Of a stretch of 64,000 nt of DNA, positions 23,198 to 35,701 are shown one piece after another. The notes beneath the pieces were generated by a model. The model did not search any database and was not told the origin of the DNA. It saw nothing but the letters and a program-made list of their open reading frames with translations. The DNA is taken from assembly GCA_014905635.1 (NCBI GenBank), contig JABVCE010000027.1:372001-436000 (forward strand), read 5' to 3'. The position numbers were made by a program, and so were the translations under genes. How positions within the stretch are numbered: position 1 is the first letter of the stretch; the number at the start of each line of letters is the position of its first letter. This DNA is from Scenedesmus sp. PABB004 (Eukaryota).

Positions 23198-26115
23198 TCA
23201 GCCTTCAGTGCCGTCGAGCGCAGCGAGCAGCTCCTGCACGCACCCCGCCCCCGCCGGCTTGCCGGGCGGCGGCGCCTGGTCGCCGCGCACTGCGCAGGCG
23301 TCGTCCAGCCAGGGCAGGAGCGCCGCCGCCCCCGCCCCCGCCCGCGCGCCGCCGCCGCTCGAGCTCGCCGCGCCGCCGCCGCCGCCGCCGCCGCCACTGC
23401 TGCCGGCGCCGTCGTCGGCGGAGCACGCCGTCCCCCACGTGCCGCGGCCGCCGCGCGGGCGCAGCGCCACCGCCGGCAGCTCGCGCCCGTCGCCGCCGCA
23501 CTGGCGCAGCAGCGCCACCGCCGCGAGCAGCTCCTGCTGGGTCGCGTGCTTGCGCGCCGCCTGCGCGGCCATCGCCGCGGCGCCGGCGGCGGCCACGCGC
23601 ACCCAGGCGCGCAGCGCGCGGCGCCCGGCGGCCGCGCGCGCGTGGCGCTCGGCCGCCGCCAGCTGCAGCGCCGCGGCCTGCTCCGCCGCGGCCGCCTGCT
23701 GCCAGGCGAGCCACGCGTCGACGTCGCTGCCCCCGGCGCTACTGTCCGCGGGCGCGGCGGCCGGCGCTGGCGCGCCGCCCGCGACGACGGCCCCTGCCTC
23801 GGGTCCCGGCGCCGCCGCGAGCGCGCCCAGAGACGGCTCCGCCTGCACGTCGCCGGCATCGGCCACCTGCCAGACCGCTCCTCCCGACGCCGCCGGCGCC
23901 TCGGGCGGGGGCGGCAGCAGCAGCAGCTGCTGCTGGGCCGCCGCCGCCTGCTGCCCGCAGGCGCCGTCGGCGTGTTGCGCGCCCGCGCGCCGCCAGGCGG
24001 CCCAGCCGCGCTGCAGCAGGCGCTCCTGCTGCCACGCGGCCGCGAGCAGCGGCGCCTGCGCGCGCCAGCCGCGCAGCAGCCCCGCCGCACCGCGCCACTC
24101 CGCAAGCGCGGCCGCCGCCAGCTGGCGCTGCCGCGCCGCCTCCCAGTCCGCCACGCGCTGCGCCACGCCGCGGCAGCGCGGTGTGCAGCCCCGCCACGCG
24201 CCCAGCGCCGCCGCCTGGCGGGCGCGCCGCGCGTGCCGCGCCGCCGCCGCGAGGGCCCGCCACGCAGAGAAGCAGCGCGCCACGAGGCGCACGAGCGAGG
24301 TGACCTGGCAGTCAAACGCGGCCCGCGCGCCGACGGTCTCCAGCCACCAACCCGACAGTGCGCCCGAGAGCAGCCTGTGGCGGCCGCGCGCAGCCGCAGC
24401 GCGAGCGACTCAGGCCCAGGCGAGCCAGCAGCGCGGCGCCCACCCCTGCCGGCCCCGCTGGCCGCGGCCCCGCCGGCAGCGGCGCTGCGCGGCGCACCTG
24501 CTGCAGTGGAAGGCGTGCGCCGCCCCCAGCGCGTCGGCGTCCGCCGCGCGGGCGCGCGCCGCGTCGACCGCGTGCGCGCGCAGCGCGCGCAGCACGGCCG
24601 CCTGGCGGCGGGTCGCGAGCTGCGCAGCGAAGACACGCGCTGACGCTGCGCGGCACCACGCCATCACCCAGCCGCGCCACGCGTGGTGCACCAGCACGTG
24701 GCGCGCGAGCTCGTCCGCGGCCGCCTCCTTGGCCCGCCCGACGCGCGCCGCCACCGCCCACGCAGCCAGCAGCCCCCGCAGCCACGCGCGCTGCAGCAGC
24801 GACGCCGCGGCGGCGCGCGCGGAGCCGCGCACGAGCACCGTCGCGGTCCAGCCAGCGATGCAGTGCGCCGCGAGGCGCTGGTGCCGCGCCGCTGCAAATG
24901 CGTCGGCCGAGGCCTCAGCGGCGTCCTCCAGCAGCGCCTCGGCGCGCGCGGCCGGTACGTAGCTGCGCGGGCGGCGGCGCGCGTGTGGGGCTGGCTGGGA
25001 GGGGGGAGGGGAGGGAGCCTGCGCCTCGGCGCAGCGCGCTGCGCGCGCCCGCACCTGAGCCAGGCGCGGAAGCCCCGCCGAAGCGCCTGCCGCCGTGCGA
25101 ACGCGTCCGCCCGGGCTTCCGAGGAGGGGGCGCAGGGGTGCGGCAGCACCGCAGGCTGGACCGCCTCGCCCTCTGCTGCGAGCGCCTCCAGCGCCGCCGC
25201 CCAGCCGCCGCTCGCCGCCAGAAGCGACCACTCGGCCAGCACGGCGCGCGCGAGCACAGACTCGGCGGCGCCCAGCTCGCGGCGGCGCGACGCCGCGGGC
25301 TGGCAGGCGCCGCTGCCGGCCTGCGGCGAGCCCGGCTGCCGTGGCGCGCTCTCCGCTGCAGCCGCGGACTCACTGCCGCGCTCGCTGCCGGCGAGGCTGT
25401 CGGGCAGCGACAGCCGCCAGCGCGGCGAGCCAGGAGGTGACGCGGCGCCGTGGTCCTGCTGCTGCTGCAGCTGCTGCCGCGCACGTGGCGAGCCCTGCCG
25501 CACACCAGGCCAGGCCGGCTGGCTGGACCGCGCGACAGCGATGCCGGGCGGCCGCCACGGCGGCGACTTCCGGCGCGGCGAGCCCGGCGCGAGCTGCTGC
25601 TGGCCCTGCGCCCCCCACGCCTGCGACTGATGCTGCACCTGCTGCTGCTCCACCTGCTGTTGGTGCTGCTCCACCTGCTGCACCTGGTGCTGCTGCTGCT
25701 GTGCTGCGCCGCCCTCCAGCAGCTGCAAGAATCCCTCCTCCGCCTCGAGCGCCAGCGCCTCGCTGCCGGGCGTGAGGCGCGCCGCTGCGCCGAAGCGACC
25801 CGACCCCGCCCGCTGCGCCGTCCACGCGGCGGCGGGGCTCGCGGGGTCGCCCCGGCCCGTGTGGTTCAGCAGGAGCTGGAGCTGGCGCTCCGCCTCGGCG
25901 ACCAGGGCCTCCCCTGAGCTGCTGCTAGCGCCGCAGCTGCCGCCATCGCTGCCGTCGCTGCTCGCACTGCGGCGCCGGCGGCTGCCGCGCTGCTGCGGCG
26001 ACAAAAACAGCGCCGTGCGCACCTGGCCGCGGCGGTGCCAGTCGGCGCACGCGCTCCCGGGCCGCTGCGCCGGCTCCGCCGCGTGCTCCGCGCTCGTCAC
26101 TTGCTGCTGCTCCTG

Positions 26116-26149
<34 letters not shown>

Positions 26150-26918
26150 GCCTGCGCCTGCGCCTGCGAGCGGCCCTCCGGCGCCTCGGGCTGGCCGCGG
26201 CTGAGGCTGAAGCTGATGCTGCTCGCGGTCTCGTCGTCAGCGCTGCACGGGCTGGGCGTGCGGCCGGGCCGCCCGGCCGTCCCGCTGCTGCCCACGCCCT
26301 CGCGCAGGCTGCCGCCGCCGCTGGCGCCGCTCGCGCCCGCGCTCGCGCTGTCGGCGCCCGCCGAGCGCGCCGGCCGCGCCGGGGCGGGCCGGCCCTCGAG
26401 CGACCGCGCCGCCGCGGCGGCAGGCGCCGCGCCCGACGGCAGCGCCCGCGCGCGCCCACACAGCGAGCTGCGCAGCCGCTGGTTGCTCTGCCGCAGGCGC
26501 TGCAGCTTGCGCGCAAACGCGGGGTCCGGCGCCGCTGCTCGCGCGCCGCCCGCCGCGGCGCCCGCCAGCGCAATCTCCACGGGCTGGCCGCAGGGCGGGC
26601 ACGGCCGCTGCGCGCCGCCGCCCGCGGCCGCGGCCGGGGCCGCCGCGGGCGGCTGCTCCGTTGCGGCCGCCGCCCTGGGGGCGTGGCGCTGCGGCCCGGC
26701 GAGGGCGTGCGCCGGCCCCGGAGCGCGTGCGGGCTCTGCGGCTCTGCGCGCTGGCGCCGCAGCGCCGCGAGCCGCTGCTGCGCGCGCGCCGCGTACGCCT
26801 GCTCCTCCTGCAGCTGCTGCTGCTGCTGCTGGCACCGCGGGGAGCGGCCGCCGCGCTCGGCGGGCGTGAACAGCGCCGCTCCCCCAGCGAAGGGCGCGCG
26901 CGGGAGCAACTCCCGCAT
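23198..26918 (-). CDS. Sfi1-like centrin-binding repeat protein; apparent frameshift near 26680
   Basis: Repeated helical units ending in W: ALRRGFRAWL, LAAHCIAGW, WLRGLLAAW, LLSGALSGW, LVARCFSAWR, AAALAEWR, LLQRGWAAWR, RRALRAW. Introns at about 25054-24963 and 24497-24375. Confidence 0.65.
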
Positions 26919-27272
26919 GCTGTTGCCGGCGCGCAACCGCCGCGCTGCCGGCAGGCGCACCAGCCGCGCTCGGAGAACGCGCGCTGACGGGACGTGCGCA
27001 GTGAGGGGCTCTGCACTGTGGGTGGGGGTGTGTGCGCGGCGGCGGTTGGCGACAGGCGAGGTTTGCGCCGCCGTGACGGTGACGCTCGCACGCGCCGGCG
27101 CCCGCACGACACCGCGCGGGGTCCGGACACCGCCAACGCCGCCGCCCGAGCTCGCGTCACGCACGGCGCCAGCGAGCAACCCGCGCCGAGAGCAGCAGCA
27201 GTCCCTTTGGCGCCTTCGTGGCCGCGACACCGATTGCGCCTGGCGCCGGCGCCGCTCGTAGCCGCTCCCGCA

Positions 27273-30200
27273 ATGGCGCTGCGCGCGTCGAGCAGCAGCG
27301 TGGGCCTTGACAGCGCCGGGGCGCGGCGGGCCGGTCGCGGCCTCCGCCGAGCGCGCCTCGTGTCCCTGGCGCCGCGCGCGACGCTGCTGGCCAGGTGCGT
27401 GGCGCCGCGTAGTGCACCCGGGGCGCGTGATCACGGCGTCGGGCGCAGCGCAGCGGCGAACGCATCTCGGAACCTGCAGCTTGCGTGGCCGCGCACAGCC
27501 TCTCGCGGCGCAGCGGGCCCGCCGGCCGCCCCAACGACCCGCACCGCTCGGGGGCGGGCGGCCCGGACTGAAAGCATGCGCCGGTTGCTGCTGCGGCGGC
27601 GCGCCTGCGCCCGCGCGCGCGCGGCGGCAGCAGCGACCGCGCCGCGCCGCCGCGCCGCGCCGCCCGCAGGCAGCCCAGCCCGCCGCCGGCGCAGCAGGCG
27701 GCCGCCAAGCAGCAGTGGGCGCGGCCCCCGTTTGAGCGGCCGTCGGAGGTGGTCGGTGAGCGCGCCGCGCCGCGCGCGCCGCGCAACCGCCCTGCTGCCG
27801 CGCGCCGCCGCCGCGCCCCACCGCCGCGCCCACCGCCGCCCCGCCAGCGATGATCCTCGGCGGCGGCCCCGGCACCGACCTCTGGCCCCTCACCAACAGC
27901 CGCGCCGAGCCGGCGGTGCCCTTTGCGGGGCTGTTCCGGCTCATCGACGTGCGGCGGCTGGCGGGCCTGGCGGGGGCGCCTGCTCCTCGCCCGCGCCCTC
28001 CACATCACCACCACCACCTCACCCCCACCCGCACCCGCCCCCGCCCGCCCCCGCCCACACGCCGGCCCCCAGGTCCCGCTGACCAACTGCATCCACAGCG
28101 GCGTGTCATCAATCTACGTGCTCACCCAGGTCGGGCCCCAGCCCCACAGCCCCGGGTCGGTCGGTCGGTTTCACACGCCCTGAGCCCTGAACCCTCCACC
28201 CTGAGCCCCGCCGCCCCGCCCCGCCCCGCCCCGCCCCGCCCCGCCCCGCGCCGCCGCCCGCCGACCCCCCGCTAAACCCTGCCCAGTACAACGCCACCAG
28301 CCTCAACCGCCACCTCAGCCGCGCCTACCGCTTCATGAGCGGCATCACCCTCACAGGCACGGCGGGGTTTTAGGGAGCACGGCGGGCGGGGTTTAGCGCA
28401 GCGCCTGGGCCAGGGGCCGGGGTTGAGCGCGGCGGCGCGCCGGGAGGCGGCGGCCGCGCGCCCCCGCCCACGCGCCGCGCCGCGCCGCGCGCGTGGCGGC
28501 GCAGGGCACGGGTCGGGCTTTGTCGAGGCGCTCGCGGCGAGCCAGCGCCCCGGCTGCGACGCCGCCGACGCATGGTGCGCACGCGGCGCGGCGCGGCGCG
28601 GCGCGCGCTGGCGGCGCTGGCGGCGGCCGCGCTCGCCCCCGCTGCGCGCGCCCCGCCCCCACCTTCCCTGGTGCTGCCTGCGTGCAGGTACGCGGGCACC
28701 GCCGACGCGGTGCGGCGCTACCTGCCGCTGCTGTGCGAGGCGAAGCACGACGAGTGTGAGGACGTGCTGGTCATGGCGGGGGACCAGCTGTGAGCGGGGG
28801 GCTGAGAGGGGCCGATACGGGTCTGGGGTGTGGGCTCAGCCCCCGCACACAGCGCGCGCAGCGCGCGCACCGCGCCCTCACCCGGCCGTGCCGCCGCTGC
28901 CCATCTCTCTCAATACCTTCAACCCGGTCGGTCGCCCGTTAAATCCTAAACCTCGCCCCCCTGCACCTCGCCCCCTAAACCCTCGACCCCCCTAAACCCT
29001 CACCCCCCCCCTCCTAAACCGCCCCAGGTACCGCATGGACTACACGGCCCTGCTCAACTACCACCGCGCCAAGGGCGCCGACGTGACCATCGCGACCACG
29101 CCCGCCGACGAGGACCACGCGACGCACCTCGGCGTGCTGCGCGTGAGCGCGCGCGCCGCCCGCGCCGCCCGCGCCGCGCCTCCCGCTTGCCTCCCGCTTG
29201 CCTCCCTGTGCCTCCGACGCCCCGCCTCACGCCCTGCCGCCACCTCGCTGCGCTGCCGCGACCGCCCCGCCGCACCCACAGGTTGACCGCGGGTGCAACG
29301 TGCTGGAGTTTGCTGAGAAGCCGCCCCGCACGCAGCTGGCGACGATGAGCATGGACACGCTCGAATACGGCTTCGGTGAGGGCTCAGGAGGGGGAGGGTT
29401 TTGGGGAGGGGAGAGGGGAGAGGGGAGAGGAGGCCTGGCCGGGCCTGGCCTGGCCGGGCCGCCCGCCGACGCGCGCGCTGAAGCGTGCGGCGCCACACCG
29501 CGCCGCCACACCGCGCGCGCCGCAGCCGACACGGAGGAGGAGGCGCACAGCAAGCCCTTTGTGGCGAGCATGGTGCGGCGGCGGCGGCGGGCGGGGGCGG
29601 GCGGGCGGGGCAGCCCCCCTGCGGCGCCGCAGGCGCTCGCACACACACTCGCCCTCTCGCTTGCTCCCTCGCTCCATCACTCCCTCACTCCCTCACTCCC
29701 TCACTGCTTCCCTCTCCCTCTCCCTCACTTGCTCACTCACCCCCCCCCGCCCCCCAAACACCCACACGCACCCCACCAGGGCATGTATGTTTTCAAGAAG
29801 AGCGTCCTGGTGGACCTCCTCGCCAAGCGCTTCCCCACGGTGGGGGCAGGCGCACGCGGCGGCGCACGCGGCGGCAGCGACGCGCCCCCCCCCCCCCCCC
29901 CCCCGTCCCTCGCTCCCTCCCTCATTCACTCCCTCCCCCCCCCCCCACCACCCTGGCAGGCAGCTGACTTCAGCCGTGACATTCTCGCCCTCATGCACGG
30001 CGAGCTCTCCATCGTCGCCTACGTGAGCGTGTGCTCACACGAGGGCCCACGCCCCCACGCCCCCCGCGCACGCGCGCGCACGCGCACGCGCGCACACTCT
30101 CACACACTCGCGCGCGCGGGGCGGCGGCAGCGGCGGCGCGCGCGCGCCCCGCGGCCGCGGCGCGCCCGGAACGCGACGCTCCGCCCCCAAACCCTAAACC

Positions 30201-31223
30201 CCGCCTCCCGCCCGCCGCCGCCCGCTGACCCCCCCGCGGGCAGCCGTTCCACGGCTACTGGGAGGACGTGGGCAGCCTGAAGGACTACTACGCAGCAAAC
30301 ATGGCCCTCGCGGCAGACGTGAGCGCCGCGGGCGCAGCGCCGCCCCCCCCCCTCCCCCGTGCCGCGCCGCCGCCGCCGCACTGCTGCCGCGCGCGCGGGG
30401 CTGTGCTTGCGACGCTCGCGCGCGGGGCTGTGCTGCGCCGCTGCTCCGCACCGCGCTGCGCCGCGGCCACCCGCTGCGCCGCGCCGCGCGCCGCGCGCCG
30501 CACCGCGCCGCGCTCACCCGTCTGCCCACCGCGCGCCGCAGACGAGCCGGCTGGGCCTGTTTGATCCTGCCTCGCCGCTGTACAGCGAGGCGCGCGTGCT
30601 GCCGCCGAGCCGGCTGAGCGGGGCGAGCGTGGCGGACAGCCTCGTGGGGGACGGCTGCCGCTTCGGACGGGGCACCGTCGTGCGCGGCAGCGTGGTCGGC
30701 AGCTGCGCGTACCTGGAGGACGGCGTGTTTGTTAAGGTGGGTGGTTCAAGGGGCGGGGGTTTAGGGGGTTTCAGGGGTGGGCTTGAGGGCCCGGGGAGGC
30801 TCGGGCTGCCTGCGTGGGACGGCCGCCTGATGCTGGGCTGCCGGGGCGCGCGCGGGCCCTCCTTCCGTCCACGCCGCGGCCCACGCCCAGCACACTCACG
30901 CACACGCACGCGCCGCCGCCGCCGCCGCCGCCGCCGCGCCGCCGCAGGACTCGATCATCTTTGGCGCGGACACCATCGACACCGAGGCCGCGCGCGCCGC
31001 CGAGGCCGCGGCCGGCGCGACGCCGCTCGGCGTCGGCGCGGGCAGCGTGCTCACGCGCGTCATCGTCGACAGCAACGCCCGCATCGGCGCGCGCTGCGTG
31101 CTCACCAACGCGGCGGGCGTGACGGAGGGCGCGTCGGGCGCGCTGCCGCGGGGTGTGGTCATCAAGGACGGGCTGGTCGTGGTCATGCGCGGCGCGGAGC
31201 TCCCGCCCGGCACCGTGGTGTGA
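27273..31223 (+). CDS. ADP-glucose pyrophosphorylase subunit (divergent, probably regulatory) with plastid transit peptide
   Basis: [91 protein letters not shown] and a C-terminal beta-helix ending [13 protein letters not shown]. Confidence 0.93.
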
Positions 31224-32729
31224 GGCGCCGCGGTGTGAGGCGACGCGGTGGCGAGGGAAGGAGGGCGAACGCGGCGGGCGGGGCGGGGTGGGGAGTGAGG
31301 CGGAGGCGCGGCGGCGGCGCGGCCGCGCGCGTGAGCGCGGCCGCTGCGGCGGCAGCAGGGGGGGGCGCAGGCAGGCAGGCGGCGAGGCGGTACCTAGGTT
31401 GGCGCGCGTGGCGCAGCTGCGCAGATGGTTGCGTGTGTGCGCGTGTGCGTGCCGCGTGTGCAAAACCTCTAAGAGTGCGGCATCTTGGTGTGTGCCATGC
31501 ACAGCGTTCTGAGCGCCGCCGGCCCGTGTGAACCCCCCACACAATCCAACTGCGCGCGCGCTCTGCTGCTGAGTCGCATTCGGCGGCGGCAGCTGGCTGC
31601 GGGCGAGGGTGCACTGCAGGCAGCGACTGGTCGGCGGCCTTGGGACTGCCGGCTGGTCGGGCAGGGAGGGTGGGACGAGGAGGAGGGGTGGAGGGAGGGG
31701 CTGCCGTCCGCACCGGGCGGCGGCGGCGGCGGCGGAGGGGGGAGACCGATTTGCGAGAGCTTGGCTGGGCAGCGCGCGGCACGCGCTGTTCGGTTTTGTG
31801 GCCCGCCCCGTGCGCGCGTGTGGGCGGGCGAGATTGCGCCCCCTAGCCTTTGTGTTGCACACCCATTGCTCGCGCCGCCGCCCTCTCGCGGCCGCGCGGC
31901 GCGCCCCCACCAGGCCAGGGCCGCCGAGGAGGCCCTTTGTGAGTAACTCTGCCGGATGCCCCGGAGCGGTCGGTCGGCCGGCCGGCGCCGCGCACGCACG
32001 TCGCGGAGCGCGGCCGCGGCGTGCGTTCGAGATCAGATCAGCGAAAGCATAAGAACACCGCCTGCACACGCGGCGCCACCGCAGGGGCGCACGGTGCTGC
32101 CAGAGCAGCACAACTCTTGCTCAGTGCCACACTGTTAACGCGCCGCCGCCCTGGCGACTGACTGAGCAGTGCAGCGCGGGCGCGCGCCGCGCAGCGCACG
32201 GCGTGCATGGCGTGCGCGGTGCGCGGTTGCCCCCAAAACCATAAGACCCAGCTTGCGCGCACCCGCATTGGGCCCTTGCAACACCTTGTGACCCCACACT
32301 GGGCTGGCAGCCGTTAGGAGACACCGGCCGCGGCCGCGCCGGCCGCCAGCAACCAGCCGCCACACGACACACAACGCACAAGAGTTGGCGCAGTCCGGGC
32401 TCAACAGCCCTGCCTCATGCCAACACACGCGGCTCCCAACGCCGACGGCCTCATGGCAGCTGTTGTGGGTGCTGCTCGCAGCTCGACGACGCCCCCACGC
32501 CCGCCCGCACGCACACACCACCCATCCCCGTCCCCGTCCCTGTCGATGCTGCCGCCGCGCGCGCCGGCGAGCCGGCGCACGGGCCTGTCGTCGCTGGGTT
32601 AGGCTGTCGCAGTCGTCGTGCTGTGTGTGGGATTGAGGTTGCTGCGGCCGCTGCGCGCCGCCGCCGTGGCGCCGCGAGCGGCCGCATCACTGCGCCCTAC
32701 ACCCTGCCAGGGTTGACGCCAGGAGGCGC

Positions 32730-34094
32730 TCACACCTGGTCCTGGTGCGTCGACCTGCCGGCCGAGTCGTCCTGCTTGATCGGCGCCAGCCCGCCCGGCC
32801 GCCCGCCGGCGCTCGCCGTGCTGCCGTGCGCGACTGCGAGGTGCTCAAACGCGCCGTTGCTGCTCGCGATGCGCGCGTCGCGCTCGGGGTCGTGCGTGGA
32901 CTCGCCCGCGATGACCTGCCGAGCGCGCAGAGGTGGGGGGGGGGGTGCAGGGGCGCGCGCGTGTGGGAGGAGGGCGGGCGCGTGCGTTGCAAGCAGTGTG
33001 CGCGCCGCGGGCGCCGCCACGCACTGAACCCTGATCGCTGACCCCTGCCCACACGCGCGCACCTTGTTGCTGAACACGCCCTTCCACTCCGCCTTGACGC
33101 CGGGCATGAAGTCCTGCGCGCGCCACATGAGCAGGGGGGGGGGGCAGAGGGCAGGGAGAGGGGTGAGCGCGGCGCGCACGCGCGCGCGCGCGCGCGCGCG
33201 CGGGCAGCGGGGCGGCCCAGGGCCGCGGGCGCGCTGCGCCGCAGCGATTGGCGGCAGAGCGCGGCGCGGCGCGCGGCGGGCGGAGTGGTGGGTACGCGCC
33301 TCGAACGCGTCGCGCCAGCACTGCCACATGTCATAGAAGACGCGGCCGGGGGTGCGGCCGTGCTTGTCGCGGCCGCGCGCGGCGATGAGCATGTTGCACA
33401 CGCCCAGCAGCAGCCAGAGCGTGATGTTGGCGACTGGGGGAGGCAGGGGGGGGGGGGGGGGGCAGGGGGGGGGGAGGTGAGGCGGCGGCCGGGGCTGCTG
33501 CGCGCGCGCGGCGGCGGCCCGCGGCGCTGTGCGGCGCTGCGGCGGCGGCGGCGCTGTGCGGCGGCGGCGGCGCTGTGCGGCGGCGGCGCGGCGCGGGTCT
33601 CACGGATGCCGGTGAGCACGCCGTATGCGATGGAGTAGGTGAGGGGCATGAGGACGATGGTTAGGAAGCAGGGGAACGCGACCTTGAGGTCATCCTGCGT
33701 GGGTGGGGGGAGGGTTAAGGGCGCAGGGGCCAGGGTTCAGGGTTCGGGGTTTGGGGCTCAGGGCGAGCGAGAGCCCCGCTGGACGGCCCCGCAGGCGGGC
33801 GGGCGAGGCAGCGCCTCGCCAAGCACGGCCGCGCCGGGCCAGGCCCCGGGGCACGCGCCGCGCCGCGCCGTCGCGCCGCCGCTGCTGCGCGTGTCTCACC
33901 CAGTCGATCTCGCGCACGTGCCCGATCATGAGCGTGCCGACCACCACGAGCGCGGGGCCGGTGGCAAAGCCGGGGATGCTGCTAAAGATGGGCGCAAAGA
34001 ACATGGCCACCACAAAGCCGCACCCCAGCATGAACGCGGTCAGGCCTGGGGGCGGTGGTGGAGGGTTGCGGGCGTGTGTGTCAGTGGAGGGTTT

Positions 34095-34141
<47 letters not shown>

Positions 34142-35604
34142 GTGGAGGGTTGAGGGCGTGTGTGTTGGTTGGGAGGGAGCAGCGGCGCGCGCGCGGGGTG
34201 TGGGGGGAGCAGCGGGGCGCGTGCGCGCGTGGGCGGGCGGGCGGGCGCGAGAGAGAGAGAGGGGGCGCGAGGGGCCGGCTGCCGGCGGGAGCGAGCGAGG
34301 GCGAGGGAGAGCGAGGGAGAGCGAGGGAGAGGGAGGAGCGAGGGAGAGCGAGGGAGAGGGAGGAGGAGCGCGGCGGCGGGGCGGCGGCGCGGCGCGGCGC
34401 GCCCCGCGCGCGCGCTCGCTCTAGCCTCCCGCACCGGTGCGGCCGCCCTCCTTGATGCCCACGCTCGACTCGGCCACGACGGTGAGCGGCGACGTGCCCA
34501 GCAGCGCGCCGATGAGGATGGCCACGCCGTCCACGCACAGCGTGATGAGGCGGCGGGGGAAGCGGGCCTTGTCGTCGATGAAGCCTGCAGGGTTTGGGGG
34601 GGGGAGGGTTGAGGGTTGAGGGTTGAGGGTTCAGGCGGGCGCCCCGCCGCACGCGGCGCGCGCCGCGTGCGGCGGGGCGCCCAGCAGCAGGGCGGCAGTG
34701 CGGGTGCGGCGGCGCAGGGCGCGGCGCGGCGCGGGGGGTGCGCACCGGGGACGTTGTCGTTGATGAGGCGCGCCATGGTGAACAGCGTGCCTGCGCGGTG
34801 TGAGGTGTCCCGCGCGTCGGCGGCGCGCGCGGGCGGCGCACCACGGCACGCGCGGCTGCGGGCGCGCCCCGACACGCTCACACACACGTTCACACACACC
34901 ACGCTGCCGCGCACCAAGCCGCCGCTGGCCCTCCCAGGGCCCCTAAGCCCTGTTACACCGCTGGCGCCGCAAAACCACACGCCCACACCCCCGCCGCACC
35001 GGTGGCGTCGAGGAAGTCGAGGTACAGGAACGTCACGAGCGCGACCCAGGCGTCGCCGTTGGCGAGGCCCTTCCAGTCGAGCGCGAGCGCGGTCTTGCTG
35101 GGGTTTGGCACGTCCACGACGCGCCGGAAGTACTCGAAGCGCTCCGCGCCGCCCGCGGTCGCGTCGGTGAGGTACGAGACGGCGCTGCCGGGGATCCAGC
35201 TGGACGGATGTGGGGGCGGAGGGGGGTGGAGGGGCGGAGGGGGTGGGGGTGGGGTGAGGGGAGGGGCGCGCGCGGGGCGGCCTGGCAGGCCGCGCCCGGG
35301 CGCCGGCGCCGCCGGAAGAGTCGCGTGGCGCGAGGCCCGTGCGGGCCCCTCGCGAGGGCCCGCCTGGGCCCTCGCGCGACCCTCAACCCTAGACCCTGCC
35401 ACCCCGGTCCAAAACCTCAACGCCCCCTTAAAGCCCCCTCCAACGCCCCCGCGCGCACCTGACGATGGTGGCAAAGAGCACGCCGTACATGATGGCGGCC
35501 TTGACCTCGTAGTAGGTGAGCACCACGATCAGCACGCCCGCCCAGATGCCCAGCCACATCGTGCCGCTGCGCATCTTGCCCTTGATGCACTGTGTGTGTG
35601 TGTG

Positions 35605-35701
<97 letters not shown>

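Noticed and set aside
10988..31223. Starch gene cluster (beta-amylase plus AGPase)
   Set aside because: The two genes are separated by unrelated genes and belong to multi-gene families; chance proximity is sufficient.
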